Shown here piece by piece: positions 12,952-27,078 of a stretch of DNA of 64,000 nt (position 1 is its first letter; every line of letters starts with the position of its first letter). Under the pieces are notes generated by a model. It saw only the letters and a program-made list of their open reading frames with translations, did no database searches and was not told where the DNA came from. This stretch comes from Octopus vulgaris (Eukaryota), in the NCBI GenBank assembly GCA_951406725.2, contig OX597823.1:50778001-50842000 (forward strand). Reading direction: 5' to 3'. The position numbers were made by a program, and so were the translations under genes.

Positions 12952-14639
12952 TATATCACTTATATTCACTTATGCATATATCATACGCACGCACACACAC
13001 ACACACACACACGCGCACATACATTCACACCCTATCCCAAACAAATACTCACACGTATATTATCTGCCGTAAAAAGTGTTTATAAGAGATTTTGACTATA
13101 AAATCTATGCCAGTTGATATGAGATGTATTGATATTTGCCAAGAAATATGTTTGTTGTAATATATATAGGAAAAGGACAATGCTAAAAGAGAACGAACTC
13201 TTAAAGATTATAGTGTGTAGAACTGTGAGAAAGACAGTATAATATATTAATGAGTGAAATTATTGACGAGGCAAAACTAAAAGAACAAGAAAGAATTGGT
13301 AAGGAATACTAGAAGTGTAAGAGATAAATGTGTGGAGAAAAGAGAAAAGACATACAATTTTATTGGTTGAATGGCATCAGCCTGCCAACAGTTGTGGTCG
13401 AGCAATATTAAAAGACTATTATTCAAAGTAACCTGTGCCAAATCACAAAATTTAACCAGTTCACTAATCTTTAAAGAGATAAAGATTGAGCAATTCTTTT
13501 TGCGCGGTATACTCTCGGAAATTATTTTGTGTGTGACTAAACAAATACTATCAGAAGTTTTCTCGCTTGAATAAAAGAAATGCAAATGGTTGAAGAAAAT
13601 ATAAATATTGGAGTCGATTAGTCTTGAAAATGACAAAAATACAAATTCTGTTATCACTCATCTAGTCACAAAATACAATAGCATTGCTAAGGGAGAAAAA
13701 TTGCTATAGAAAAAATCGGACATTTGCATTCTGTGAGAAAACGTTTAAGTACAAAACTCGATAGAAATAAAAGAAAAGATGTCATCTAAACAAATGGTAT
13801 TGTTTTGAGTCAGAACCACGAACAATGATAATTGGAGAATAAACTGAAGTTCCTTTAGATTTCTTGTATTGGCAGAAGCAGCTCTCCGATTTTATAACTA
13901 ATAACAATATTGCACATCACTTTATTTCGGAGAAAAGGGCATACATAAACACTATTATAAATAAAGGTAAATCCATTTTATTTCTTAGTAGTCGGTTCTA
14001 AATTTTATCGATGATATCTTTATTATAACTTACATAATAAACAACACATCATCTCGTTCACTAAGTGGTTATTTGTTCTGCTTGAAAGAACAGTTAAATT
14101 TCCTTAAATCATGCTTTGTCTCAAAAAAGAAAAAAAAAAAGATGGATAAATTATTTCACAATGACGTTCTAGATGTACGAAAGAACTATGTGATCATTGT
14201 TGGAACGACTTTATGTTATAGGCCAGTTCACTCATGGTTCCCCTGGGTGAGTTTAAACAGCAAAATCATTTTGTTTGCATTGTGACTGCATAGATTATTT
14301 TTTTTATTTAAAGAGAATATTAATATTGTTTCCTGGGTGGGGAACTGATACCACGAGGTGTTCTTTTCAATGCTCTATTAATTTCGTCAATCTACTATTC
14401 TGGAAAGGGTATATATTTATGAAGTTTGGAGCATAGAGAGTTTGAATAAACACTACAATGCACTCTAAGCGACGTTCTAGCAACCACAATATGTATATAC
14501 ATATATGTATGTATGAATGTATGTGTGCGTGCGCGTGTATATACGCTTGTATAATATGTCGCATAGTCGGGGCGTCGAAGACTAAACAGGCGACCCTACC
14601 AGACCTCTTTGATGAGGATGATATATGTTGTTCATCTTC

Positions 14640-15007
14640 TCATTGACTCCGAGCTTTCTCAGGTACTCCAAGAGCCAGCTGTGTTGGACATCGTTGTAAG
14701 CTTTCCTGTAATCTATCCATCCAACATCTAAATTCCTTTTCCTTACTCGTACCTAGTTTAATATTCCACTATCTATATTTCTTGATTTCTTCCTATATCC
14801 TTTTTGCTCCTCTGGCAATAGATTCTCCTTTTCCAGGAAATTATATGCTTCATCTGCCACGAAGCCAGTTAATAGCTTCCAGTGTAATGGTAAACAAGTA
14901 ATAGATCTATAATTGCCGACTTCCCCTATCTTTTCTTTATCCTTCTGCATCAAAATTGTCCTTTCTTTTGCTATCCATGCTGGTGTTCCATTAGCTATGC
15001 ATTCAGT
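14640..15007 (-). mobile_element. Non-LTR retrotransposon RT fragment (R4/Dong-like)
   Basis: TILMQKDKEKIGEVGNYRSITCLPLHWKLLTG...NLLPEEQKGYRKKSR and RKRNLDVGWIDYRKAYNDVQHSWLLEYL (N-terminal RT motifs). Confidence 0.85.
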
Positions 15008-15123
15008 ATTAAAAAACAAAAACAAAAATAAAAAAATAATAACACGGCCGTATATAACTGTATAGCAGGGAGATTTTTGAACCAGAAGTCCTGGACACCA
15101 TCTGGTCTGGGGGATTATTTTAA

Positions 15124-15177
<54 letters not shown>

Positions 15178-15361
15178 CATTATTATTATTAAAAATTATT
15201 ATTATTAATAAAAAAAAAAAATAATAATAATGATAAAGGTTTCAAATTTTGGTGCAAGGCCAGCAAGTTTGGGGGAAGGGATAAATCAATTACATCGAAC
15301 CCCAGTGCGCAACTGGTTCTTATTTAATCGACCTCGAAAGGATGAAAAGCAAAGTCGATTT

Positions 15362-16204
15362 GAATTACATGGCCAGTTCCACCGTGAAACTAACAAATTA
15401 AAAGACCAGGAAGCATCATGGAAGTGGCTCAGCGAGAGTGATCTAAGAATAATAATGAAAGCCTAATCATCACTGCCCAGGATCAAGCATTAAATACCAA
15501 CTCAGTGCAAAGGAATATATACCAAGCAATAGCAACGAACCTCTGCAGAATGTGTGGGAAATGGGTCGAAAGCGCGACTCACATTGTTAGTGCTTGTGAA
15601 AGTCTTGCGCAGCAAGAATGCAAGTGCAGACACGATAAGGTAGCCCAAAACCTTCACTGGCTACTATGCCGGAAGTACGGATATGAGGTAACGGGTGCTT
15701 GGTACCAACATACCTCGGAAAAGGTAATGGACGAAAAGAAGAATGCAAAATCCTCTGGCACTTTCACTTCCAGACAGACAAGTGTTAGAACACCGAAGGC
15801 CGGATATAGTAACCTTTAGGCGGGACAAACAAGAGTACTTAATAATCAACGTAGCAATGCCAGGAGATCAACATATTATCAGGAAAGAAAGAGAAGAGAT
15901 TGTCAAATACGGAGACCTGAGAATTGAGATCGCTAAGATGTGGCAACTGCGAGAGTCAAACAAGAAGGTTGGTCCCTATTGTCATTAGAACATTGGATTC
16001 AATACTACCCAACCTGGAAACTTTAGAACTACCCTACAATCTAGGTGTATTGCAAAACCCAGCATTACTTGGAACTGCACGCATATTACGTAAAGTACTG
16101 TCTGTCTGAGGTCCTTATTGTGACTTGATAGACAATGCAAACCCCCGGTACACACAATATCTTCAATCAACAACATCACGATATTGGATACTGTGCGACG
16201 TCTT
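15362..16204 (+). mobile_element. Dong/R4-type non-LTR retrotransposon 3' fragment with CCHC finger and restriction-like endonuclease, followed by (TAA)n
   Basis: LHGQFHRE, AQDQALNT, CRMCGKWVESATHIVSAC, RHDKVAQNLHW, HRRPDIV, KYGDL, LQNPALLGTARILRKVL. Frameshifted. Confidence 0.92.
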
Positions 16205-16205
16205 A

Positions 16206-16411
<206 letters not shown>

Positions 16412-16414
16412 ATA

Positions 16415-16612
16415 ACAAAAACACCAGGACTTACAAACACATATAACATACAGAAAATTGCACTACTAGGCACTGCCCACATCCTACGCAGAACACTTTC
16501 CATACAATAACCATCAGAGCATCACAACAAATCACAGCACATACCCAAGGCACACAGAGCTGCGCTCGGTAGTGAAGTGAAAGCACGCTATAAAAATAAA
16601 AATAAAACTACT
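16415..16612 (+). mobile_element. Second, shorter Dong/R4-type 3' end embedded in (TAA)n
   Basis: IQKIALLGTAHILRRTL* followed by a 3' UTR and (TAA)n. Confidence 0.75.
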
Positions 16613-16887
16613 GAATAATAATAATAATAATAATAATAACAATGTTGTTGCTATTTTCAAAATTACCATCTAAAGGTTTGTCTTGTAGCAGTTGCCGTTT
16701 GACTTGTTAAAATAAATGTTTATATCAAATGAAAGTTAAATTTGTTTGTTGCAGTATTGTTTTTGAATCACTGGGAGGGGGAAGTTTTATAGGCACATAT
16801 CCAGCTTATTATACAAGAGGAGTTTAAAAAAAATATTTGCGTTGTTTTTCAGTTTTAAAAATTCATTTCAATATATGTATGTTTTAA

Positions 16888-17098
16888 GGCTGCTAGCTGG
16901 CAGAATCGTTAGCACGCTGGGTAAAATGCTTAGCGGAATTCCGTCCGTCTTCTCGTTCTGAGTTCAAATTCCGCCGAAGTCGACTTTACTTTTCATTATT
17001 TCGGAGTCGATAGAATAAGTACCAGTTACGTACTGGGGTCGATATAATCAACTTGATCTCTCCTCCGAACTTGCTAGCCTTGTGCCAACATTTGAAAC
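16888..17098 (+). mobile_element. tRNA-derived SINE, family B; other copies at ~15235-15362(-), ~18075-18300(-), ~24105-24250(+) and ~48263-49172(-)
   Basis: A-box-like AGCTGGCAGAATCGTTAG, B-box GAGTTCAAATTCC, conserved GTCGACTTT.C.TTTCAT..TTTCGG.GTCGAT...GTACCAG...TGGGGTCGAT. Confidence 0.8.
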
Positions 17099-17884
17099 TA
17101 ATATATGTATTCTGGTGACAGTGGACTATCAGGCGCAAATTCCCATCACAGCAGTAGTCAGCTTACGACTTCACAAAAAAATTAAGAGAAAATATAAATC
17201 TCGATTATTAAGAACACTAGCCAAATAGAAGAAATAATTCCGATATATTCATAGCGACACCGGTAGTTGTGTTTACATGATCAATTTTGACAGTACTAAG
17301 AAGATCGATAAAAGAGGTGCAAAAATCTGATAATGACTGTAACAGCAACTACAGCTGCCCCAGCGACAATAGTGAGACTGTCAACAATAATACCAATGAC
17401 AACAGCGGTAACGAAAAGAATGACAGTGGAAAAGATTTCAAGAGCTAGTAAATAGTCTGGCTGGCTGTTCATGGATTTCAGTATCATGACTAAAAATGAA
17501 AGACGTGTAAGCATCGGTCAGTAGGGAACAAGAAACTCCACAAAATATGTGTGAGGAAATGGAAAATCAGATTATTACATTATCTTACAATACATTTAAG
17601 GCGTCTTGTCTTGAAAATTCCACAACACGAAAAGATAAGAAATATCCAACAATCTGTGTAAGAGTAGCCATAACAAAAAGATCAACGTAAGTAACAATAC
17701 CAATAAAAAATATCACTAGTTGGTGTTTTTTGCTGATTGTCGGAGTGTAGACGTTGGCCAAAGTATCACAAGCAACGGCAGCAGTAAATAAATAAGGATT
17801 TCTTTACCGCAAATGAACACTACTAATCTACAATAGAGCCCTCTCTATCACTTTTGCTCTCTTTCTTTCTTTTTATTACTCTCT

Positions 17885-17933
<49 letters not shown>

Positions 17934-18439
17934 CGTCTAGTTTCTAGTATCTCAAACAGGGATCTCAGTTCTCAATAATGTCACGTTGCGCAAGACCGAA
18001 ATGAAGGAGAACTCGAACCCGCCAACCCTATCACAAGAGTAATTACTATACCAAAGTAATTACTAAACTGATGTGGATGAAAGGCAAAGCTGACCTCGGA
18101 ATTTGGATTCAGAACTTAAAGACGGCGTAAATTCTGCAAAACAATTTGTCCGGCGTGCTAACGATTCTGCCAGTTTGCCGTCTTATGTGTCCCTGTAATC
18201 TCATTTCAGGGGTGCGGGTAAGTCGATTACATAGACCCTAGAGCTCAACCAATGTTTATTTTATCGACTCTGAAAGGACGAATGGCAAAGTTGACCAAAC
18301 CGTGAAATCTAAGCCACATACTGATTGATCAAAATACAGTTCGTAAGATTCACCCTGCTGAGTCCATCGGGGGATATTTAAAAGATAAATCCAGCCATTC
18401 CACTACAGTTGTCAGTTGTGGAACACGACTGTCACTACG

Positions 18440-18479
18440 TAAACCTGATGACTGCGTAACGCATGAAAGTACTAGTTTA
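18440..18479 (+). ncRNA. Minimal type I hammerhead ribozyme motif (canonical core)
   Basis: Stem I TAAAC/GTTTA, core CTGATGA (18445-18451), stem II TGCG-TAA-CGCA, GAAA, palindromic GTAC stem III, TA cleavage site. Confidence 0.7.
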
Positions 18480-18624
18480 TTTCAATATTGCAAAATTGTA
18501 AAAATTTCGAATAACAAAACATGAAAATCAGTTGAAATTTCATTGATTGACGTGTGTGTGTGTAAGTATATATATATGTATATATGTGTGTATGTAAGTA
18601 TATATGTATACATATATATATATG

Positions 18625-18658
<34 letters not shown>

Positions 18659-18669
18659 TCTATATATAT

Positions 18670-18858
18670 ATTTTTTTCTTTTTTTTCTTTCTTTCTCTCC
18701 TTGTTTCTCTGCTTGTTTTTTCTGTGTCCCTTTCTGTAGAAGAGCGTAGGCTCGAAACGTAAAATACTTTTTCTATTCTGAGCGTTATACTAATACATCT
18801 GTTTGTTTTGTACACCACTGTTTTCATCTTTTTTTTTTTTCGTAAACTCTCCCTATAT
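18670..18858 (+). mobile_element. HHR-bearing repeat, A6U family (motif 18730-18765)
   Basis: CTTT-CTGTAGA-A-GAGC(GTAG)GCTC-GAAA-CGTA. The flanks are homologous to 10597-10810. Confidence 0.7.
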
Positions 18859-18958
18859 ATCACACGCTCACGTAGTCGCACTTGTTGATCCTGTCATTTC
18901 TTACCACACACGAACTTCTCCACCGGACTCTCTACCTACCCTTTAGGGAATCTCGTTT

Positions 18959-18994
<36 letters not shown>

Positions 18995-19013
18995 CAGCGA
19001 TTATATCTAAACC

Positions 19014-19073
<60 letters not shown>

Positions 19074-21454
19074 ATACTACACACACATATGGATGTAATG
19101 GATGTATACTAATATAATGTACGCTAACTGTTCAAATTGTGTGCCTTTATGAAATTGTTACAAATATCTTTTCTCAAAAAAGAATCTTCCACCGAATTTT
19201 ATATGTTTGAAACTTTTGTGGAAATGAATTCGTCTGTGTAGTGAGAACGTCCGTAATTAAAGCACAAAAGAAATTAATCTCTATTATCTGCACATTCTCC
19301 AGAGTTCAACAGGAGTTGAACGTCTCATTTCACCTCGGAACCTTTTGTCTTTTATTTCATTCCAACTTGTCTCTATAGAATTTAAAATTAATATAAATGT
19401 TAATATGTATGCAAGAGCAAAAACAAGTAAATATATTAAAAATTGCCTCTCGTTCGTTTCTAACGTGTATGAGAACATAGGAACACATTTACAAGCACAC
19501 AACAACGCGTTCTCTTTCATAATAACGATATACGTGTAAGCGTCAGCTAATACGCATCCCAAATCACATATGTATACGCGAACCAACACTCATTTACACG
19601 AATTCATACATGCTGGCATGCACACATACACATACGCAGAGACATACAGAAAATTAAATATATACCTTTGAGTATTTAATCATGCATATACATTTATACA
19701 GACACACATACAAGTGCAGTTATATAAACATTTGTATAAATATGTATGCTTCTGAGCGCCTTTTACGCATTAAAAATAGGGTTGTGTTTGACACTGGCCA
19801 AAGAGCAGGTAGGCGTGTGGAATCCAAGTTTATGATGCACTACTTTTAGAATCTGACATGGTGAAAGAATTCCTGTCAATTTTCCGAAAATCCAGATATG
19901 TGCGTGCATGAAACTAAATAACGCGAGATATTATGAACTGTCAGAAAATTTTTAATTAAGAAACATTCGCGAATGTCTCTAATCAATTACTTTCCACGGC
20001 TAAATAAGCTGACATATCGTCGATAGCTGATGTCTTGCTTCGTTTTTCCGTTTTCCCGTGTATTTTTCAGCATTGTAGCTGTCCTCATATGGAGCTGTCA
20101 CTCTATTCGGCCAGTGTTTACTTTGAAGTAAGCTAACTGCAATCAGCGACAAATCTGCTCTGTAATTAATCTAAAAATTCATCATTTTCAATTCTGTTTC
20201 TGTTTGGTGGACAGCTGTAGACTGTCGTGTCTTCAGCTTATCACACAAACACACCATGATATTTCTGCAAGTAGCGAGGGTATCTGTTAACATAGATGTT
20301 GACATAAAATGAAGTGTTGTCTTCAAATGTTTACACATAATCTAGTCGTTTCATTCTAGACACATTTTTGCTGGGGAAATGATTAAGTTTCTTGCAGTGA
20401 GTGTAATGGCAGAGATTATAAGGCATGCTCTGTCGCTATTGGCCATTTATTGCGACTCTTGGTCTCAAATATAAACAACCAACGTGCTAAATTGATGAGT
20501 TCAGAGGTTGAAAACAAAATGATCAGTGGGGAGTGACGGAGAAGGGCCGAGATATTATGGGTTGGTGGAGTATGTGGTACAGTAGGCGTTTAGCATCAAG
20601 GCCATTGTATATAAATTGAAGGAAGGGGAAAGACAGTGGAACACATGACGCTATTTTGTGAGCAAGATAGAAAAATTGTGATTGAAAGAAGAGAAATACA
20701 AAAAACAAAATAAGAGGAAAGGAGGAAAATGTAACATCGAAAAAATAATAGAGTGATATGTGTTCTACCACTCCAATTGAGATAGCATTAGAGTGTATGG
20801 GTGAAGAATAGTTTGTATTGAAATAAGATGATAGGTGTGGTGGTGAAATAAGTATTGAGTGATGGGGGCTAGAAGTAAATGCCAATAACAATTACATGAA
20901 ATAACAATGATATTGAAGAAAAAGGAAGATTTTGGGATAAAAGGAATGAAACAAATAGAAGGAAGGAAATAATATGAATGAATGGATAGATAGACTGATA
21001 GATAGGTAGATAGGTAGATAGATATGTAGATAGACTGACAGAATGATCAATAGAAACAGAAAGCTAGAGGCAAATAAGCAGAGAAATGTTTGGAGACAGT
21101 AAGCTTAGTTCTTCTACTTCTCTGTAGACACACACGCGTGCACAAAAATAAACACACACACACGCATATATATGTGTATATACACACACATATACATATG
21201 TTGTATCATATACACATATATATACATACATGTATATGCATACCTAGATGCATGTATATATATATATATGTATGTATATATGTATATATATGTATTTATA
21301 TATGCATATGTATATATGTATATGTACGTATGTATATATATATGCATATACATATATATATATGCATATATACATGTTTATATGTACTTACATATGCATG
21401 CATACATACATGCATACATACATACATACATACATACATACATACATACATACA

Positions 21455-21486
<32 letters not shown>

Positions 21487-21700
21487 CATATACGTATAGG
21501 TGTATACATAGATATTTTTCTTTTCTGGTATCTTTTTATTTTGTTTTTCTTATTTGCTTTCTTTTCTTTTGCCTTCACCGATGTTACCTTTTCTTCGTTT
21601 CGCTAATATTGCATGTAATTGCTATGGTTATTATGTACATCTAGCCATAATAACCTCACGCACACATCTATATATACATGTTCTTTATATATATATATGT

Positions 21701-21752
<52 letters not shown>

Positions 21753-21786
21753 ATATATATATACATATATATACATATATATATAC

Positions 21787-21846
<60 letters not shown>

Positions 21847-21875
21847 GTATATATATATATGTATATATATATATG

Positions 21876-21941
<66 letters not shown>

Positions 21942-22011
21942 TATAAATGTGTATATAATATGTAGATCTGTGTGCTCGTAAGTGTTCGTATGTCTTCGTG
22001 CGTATGTGTGA

Positions 22012-22106
<95 letters not shown>

Positions 22107-22649
22107 CGTGTGTGTCTATAAAGCACAATCACGTGCCAAACGACATTTTGATTTCGGAAATCATGTGAATTGATATTCGAGCACATATTCCGAAACGGTG
22201 GTGAGACAAGCAAAAGGCGGACGGGTGAGAAAGAGAGGAAGAGCGAACGACAAAGAAGACGATTTTTTATAATGAAAATATACATATATTCACAACTTAG
22301 GTAGCCAAAACATACAACTCTCGTGCCTTTCATAATATGTACAAAATACTTATTTATATATATATATATTTATATATTTATTTATTGTATCTCTATAATG
22401 ATTTGTACATGATTCGTATGATTCGGGAGAAAAATGTATCGTAAGAGATGAGTTCGTTTGTATATATATATATATGCATTTATGTATATGCATTGTACCA
22501 GACTATATGTATATGTATGCAAATATATGTATCTATGTATGTATTAGCGTGTGTATATATATGTATATATTTATGTATATCAATATGTTTGCATATACAT
22601 ATTTGTGTGCGTGCATGTTTATAATATATATATGTGTATATATAATACA

Positions 22650-22697
<48 letters not shown>

Positions 22698-23017
22698 TAT
22701 GCATAGCGTAACAGCAGGTGGTCCTCAGAGGAGAAATCTCCTTTAGGCAAGTCTTTCGGCCCTTAATTCCTGACACTCTAGCGGGGTCGGGCCACATCCG
22801 AGTCATGACTCCCGGATGGCTACCCGCTGTCCGTTTTTGTACGCCTTAGGTGGGATTGGTATATAAATATGTATACAAATATATTTGTGTATATATATAT
22901 ATATATATACATATACACGTAACCATCTATGTATCTACATATGCATGTGTGTACTTGTGTATGTATATATGTTCAGATGCATACATACATGCATGCATAC
23001 ATACATACATACATACA

Positions 23018-23050
<33 letters not shown>

Positions 23051-23051
23051 T

Positions 23052-23943
23052 CGAGGTTTGAACAATAAGTATCCGGACTGTTGCCATAGTAACGAAGCTA
23101 AAACACGCAGACAAAAGCTGCTTGGCAAAGACTAATCTTGGATTCTGTTGCGTATGCGCACTAAGTTATAATATTTTAGCTCATTTCTACTGTTTACAGC
23201 AGTACTTGGAAGGAAGGCGTGTAGCGTGTGATCGTCGCATTGACCATGATAGAGAAAGTTGTTATGCGATACCTGCTCAGACCCCTACATAATTTGCAGA
23301 AAGTGTATGGAGAACTGTATATGAGGCGCACGCGAATGTACAAATGGTTCAGATGTTTCCTAGATGGCCGACAAAATGTCGATATTGATGAACGCTCTGG
23401 GAGACCCACAACCAGCAGAACTGAGAAAAACATCACAGATGTGCGTCTGGCTGTGAAGGGAAATCGTCGAATCACCATCCGTGACTTATCAGAAGATGTG
23501 CAGATTAGTTACGATTCAGTTCAGTCCATTAACACTGAAGATTTGGGTATGAGACGCGTGGCTGCAAAGTTTGTGCCAAAATTGTTTACAGATGACCAAA
23601 AAAAAGACACTCAGGTTTCAGTTGCACAAGATCTTCTTGACTGTATCAAGAACAGTGAAAACTTTCGGAAAACCTTGCGTAGGCCTCTGAGCAGGTATCG
23701 CCAAGCTTTTGGCAAAATTTGCTGCTGATTCTCTGCTTAACTTTCTCTGTCATGGTGAATGCGACGATCATGTGCTACACACCTTCCTCCCAAGCACTGC
23801 TGTAAACAGCGAAAGTGAGATAGAAGGTTAAAATTTAGTGCGCATGCACAGCAGAGGTCAACCTGTGCCAAGCAGTTTTACTCTGTGTGCTTTAGCTTCG
23901 TTGTCATGATAGCAGTCCGGGTAATTATTGATCAGATCCCTTG
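23052..23943 (+). mobile_element. Non-autonomous mariner derivative with ~210 bp inverted arms and an internal HTH-coding fragment
   Basis: 23052-23260 is the reverse complement of ~23739-23943. The internal ORF 23228-23728 encodes YKWFRCFLDGRQNVDIDERSGRPTTS...RRITIRDLSE...LGMRRVAAKFVPKL (mariner HTH and WVP-like motif) with no catalytic domain. Confidence 0.9.
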
Positions 23944-24321
23944 TGTGTGTGTGTGTGTATACACACACATACTAATATATAGCTATGCATATGTGTGTTG
24001 TTGATGTAATAAGAATTTAGAGACATCGTCAAAAGTGAACGAATTTTTTCTTGGAACGGTGTAACTCGAAGCAACAAAATCTATGAATAACGTTTTGTAA
24101 ATATTCTGAGTTCAAATTCCGCCGAAATCTATCTTGTCATTCATCCTTTGAGTGTCGATAAAATAAGTACCACTTAAGGTATGGGGTCGATGTAATCGAC
24201 TTAACCACACACGCGTACTTGCTGGCCTTGTACCAACATTTGAAACCATTATTTTTAGCTTTATATACTTCGTGTTTCACTGGTCTGAAAATAGTTTAAA
24301 AGATTTATCTCATAAATGTAC

Positions 24322-24800
24322 AGGCTAGCCCAAAAGTCAGTCGACTATTTCAAAATATAATAACACATTTATCTATTAGATATTCACATTTATTCTCTTA
24401 TAAAAAATAATTCATTTCTTGGAAAATATTTAAAATTTGCTTTGAAAATTATGTCTCTTTAAATGGCAATTAGTGCGTTCTTGGTAATGATTAGTGCGTT
24501 CTTGGTAACTCTTTCTAAAGAGTGTTCCATCATCATTTGCAATGTTTGTTAGCTTATATTTTCAATTTCTTCGCTTTAAATTGCTGGATGGTCCGGTGTT
24601 TGTTATGATATACTTTCAGATATGCCCTCAAAGAAAACGTCTGGAGCAATTTAAGCAGGTGAGCGTGAAGGCCAAATGAATTTAGAGTTTCTTGATCTGG
24701 GCAACATACTAATCTTACCCGGTAATCTACTGATCGTTTTCCCAAAATTTCATGTCACTAATCTGAAATAAACAAAAATTGAACAAATTAATTGTAAATA
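24322..24800 (-). mobile_element. Highly decayed Tc1/mariner remnant
   Basis: AYLKVYHNKHRTIQQFK resembles the C-terminal WGYLK.VY.N.P.T..LK motif. The end at 24320 is TIR-like (TA-CAGG). Confidence 0.5.
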
Positions 24801-24858
24801 AGTTATTATAATTTAAATCGTCTAGTGACTTTATATATATATATACATATATATATAC

Positions 24859-24905
<47 letters not shown>

Positions 24906-24911
24906 TGCATA

Positions 24912-25725
24912 CACGATGCGATGGGTAAATTGTTGCCATTTTATATTTTCAATTTCGTGCATGCACATTATTTTTGATTTTGTACTACACAGTATAGTAA
25001 GGCCACTTGGACACCATCTGTGAGAAAAATATTACGATGATGCAAACACTCTGCCAGAAATTTGTCAGTCTGAGGACAGAGCAATCTGAGGACATGTGTC
25101 AAGAGTGATAAAAATCAAACATTCAGTCAACATCATGGTGTTTGGAGTAATTACTAGTGATGGCGATGTTATACCTCCATTCATATTCCAACATGGCCGC
25201 AGACACAACACAGAGACCTATATCAACTGCCTGGAAGAGGTAGTGCTGCCCTGGGTTAAGAGGATGGCTTCTGGAACACCCTATGTCTGGCAACAGGCCT
25301 CTGCACTATACCACACAAGCAGGTAAACCCAGTCATGGCCGTCAGACAATTTCTGCGACCACATCACCCCTAACATCTGGCTATCTAACTCCTCAGACTG
25401 CAACCCCCTTGATTACTATGTGTGGGGGTGCAGTTGAGCGAGAGACAAACAAAACTCCTTGTAACACCAAATACGAAATGAAGGCAAGGATTATGGCAGT
25501 ATTTACCACCTTAAACAAGGAGACCGTCCAGAAGAGTTGCCGGAGACTCCAAAGTCGTCTGGAGGCCGTGGTTGAAGCCAATGGCGATTTTATTGAATAA
25601 ATATACTCCTCAGTATTTCAAGATATTTTTATGTAATTTTGGTAAATATGTCTGTTGAAATGAGATGTCAGTGTTATTTTCATTTTTACATAATTTAGCC
25701 GACAGTTTATTCACCGCACCCTGTG
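24912..25725 (+). mobile_element. Internally deleted DD37D (maT-like) Tc1/mariner element
   Basis: IMVFGVITSDG...YVWQQ(A)SA.YHTS...IW.SNS.DCNPLDYYVWG, with 37 residues between the second catalytic position and the final D, then RLEAVVEANGDFIE. Imperfect TIRs with TA flanks. Confidence 0.85.
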
Positions 25726-25756
<31 letters not shown>

Positions 25757-25764
25757 GTACATAT

Positions 25765-26069
25765 AACGTCACGTTGTCACGTGACCGACCAGGCTATCAG
25801 ATGTTGCTACACATCGCTGGTCACAATGCACTTCGCATTGTTTTAGCCTTCAAATGACGCCACCCCGCTGGCTAAGCGAGCAGGCCAACTGAAGAAAGAG
25901 TAAGAGAAATTTGTGGCGAAAGAGTACAGCAGGGATTGCCACTACCCTCTGCCGGAGCCTCGTGGAGTTTTAGGTGTTTTCGCTCAATAAACCAATAAAC
26001 ACTCTGGGAATCGAAACCGCGATCCTGCGACCGTGAGTCCGCTGCCCTAACCACTGAGACATTGCGCCT

Positions 26070-26072
<3 letters not shown>
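25765..26072 (-). mobile_element. tRNA-derived SINE, family C; other copies at ~28550-28805(-), ~33706-34000(+), ~44965-45152(-) and ~46850-46968(-)
   Basis: Head GGAGGCGCAATG...GTGGTTAGGGCAGCGGACTC...GGTTTCGATTCC and shared body GAGGCTCCGGCAG.GG.TAGTGGC.A. Confidence 0.8.
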
Positions 26073-26105
<33 letters not shown>

Positions 26106-26111
26106 GCGAAC

Positions 26112-26682
26112 TTTAGGTTAGTTAAAATATATTGGTGTCATATTTCAACTTCTAATGGCAAATTTACTGCATTTATCGCCGAGAAAAAATTCTGCCTTCT
26201 GGTAAAAATGTATAAAAGCAGCATTTTTACCCAGTGCTGCCTCATATCGGATTTCCAGACGCAACATTTCTAGCTCTTTAGCCTTTATTAATGGGAAATG
26301 CTGAGGCGAGGTTACTCTGATCAGATTTAAAGCCATACATTTAACTAAAAAATCAGTCATTAAGATTGACTGAGTTGCGCTATTGGGCCGCCTGCTCGGG
26401 ATGAAACCAGCGGTAAGCGCGCCAGGCAAGGATTTGGCATAAACAAAATTTAGGTTAGTTAAAATATGTTTGTGATATATTTTAACTTCGAAAGTCAAGT
26501 TCACTGCAGTTATTGTTCAGAAAAAAACTTATTCTTATGGTAAAAAGGTGTAAAAAACACCATATCCGCCCAGTGTTTCTCCCTATCCCCCAATGTTTCT
26601 TGCTCTTTAGTCGTTATCAGTGGGAAATATCAAAGCGTGGTCACTCTGATTAGACATAAAGCCATAGCTTTAACTAAAATCA
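26112..26682. repeat. Diverged tandem duplication (period ~337 bp)
   Basis: TTAGGTTAGTTAAAATAT...CTCTGAT.AGA..TAAAGCCATA..TTTAACTAAAA is repeated at 26112 and 26449. Confidence 0.75.
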
Positions 26683-26700
26683 TTCTACAAGAAACACACG

Positions 26701-26795
<95 letters not shown>

Positions 26796-27044
26796 CTGCT
26801 ATTTTCATGAGAATGTGTAACCGTGCGTTGTCCTGCTTAATTACCTTACGCAGAAGTACCCTCAGTCGCTCAGCAGTTCTACGGTAACGTAGGTGTCTTC
26901 TTTGTCAAGGTTTACACAAGGGTTACACATTTGTTGCTATACATTGTCATTCATGTTATGAGAAAATCATATTCTTTTAAATCACAGGAAACAAACACAC
27001 ACACATACACTCACATATATATATAAGCATGTGTACATATACAT

Positions 27045-27078
<34 letters not shown>

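Noticed and set aside
17296-17514. Hydrophobic, membrane-protein-like ORF
   Set aside because: It is best explained as the antisense reading of decayed AAC/AAT/AGC trinucleotide repeats. No family motif or splice support is present.
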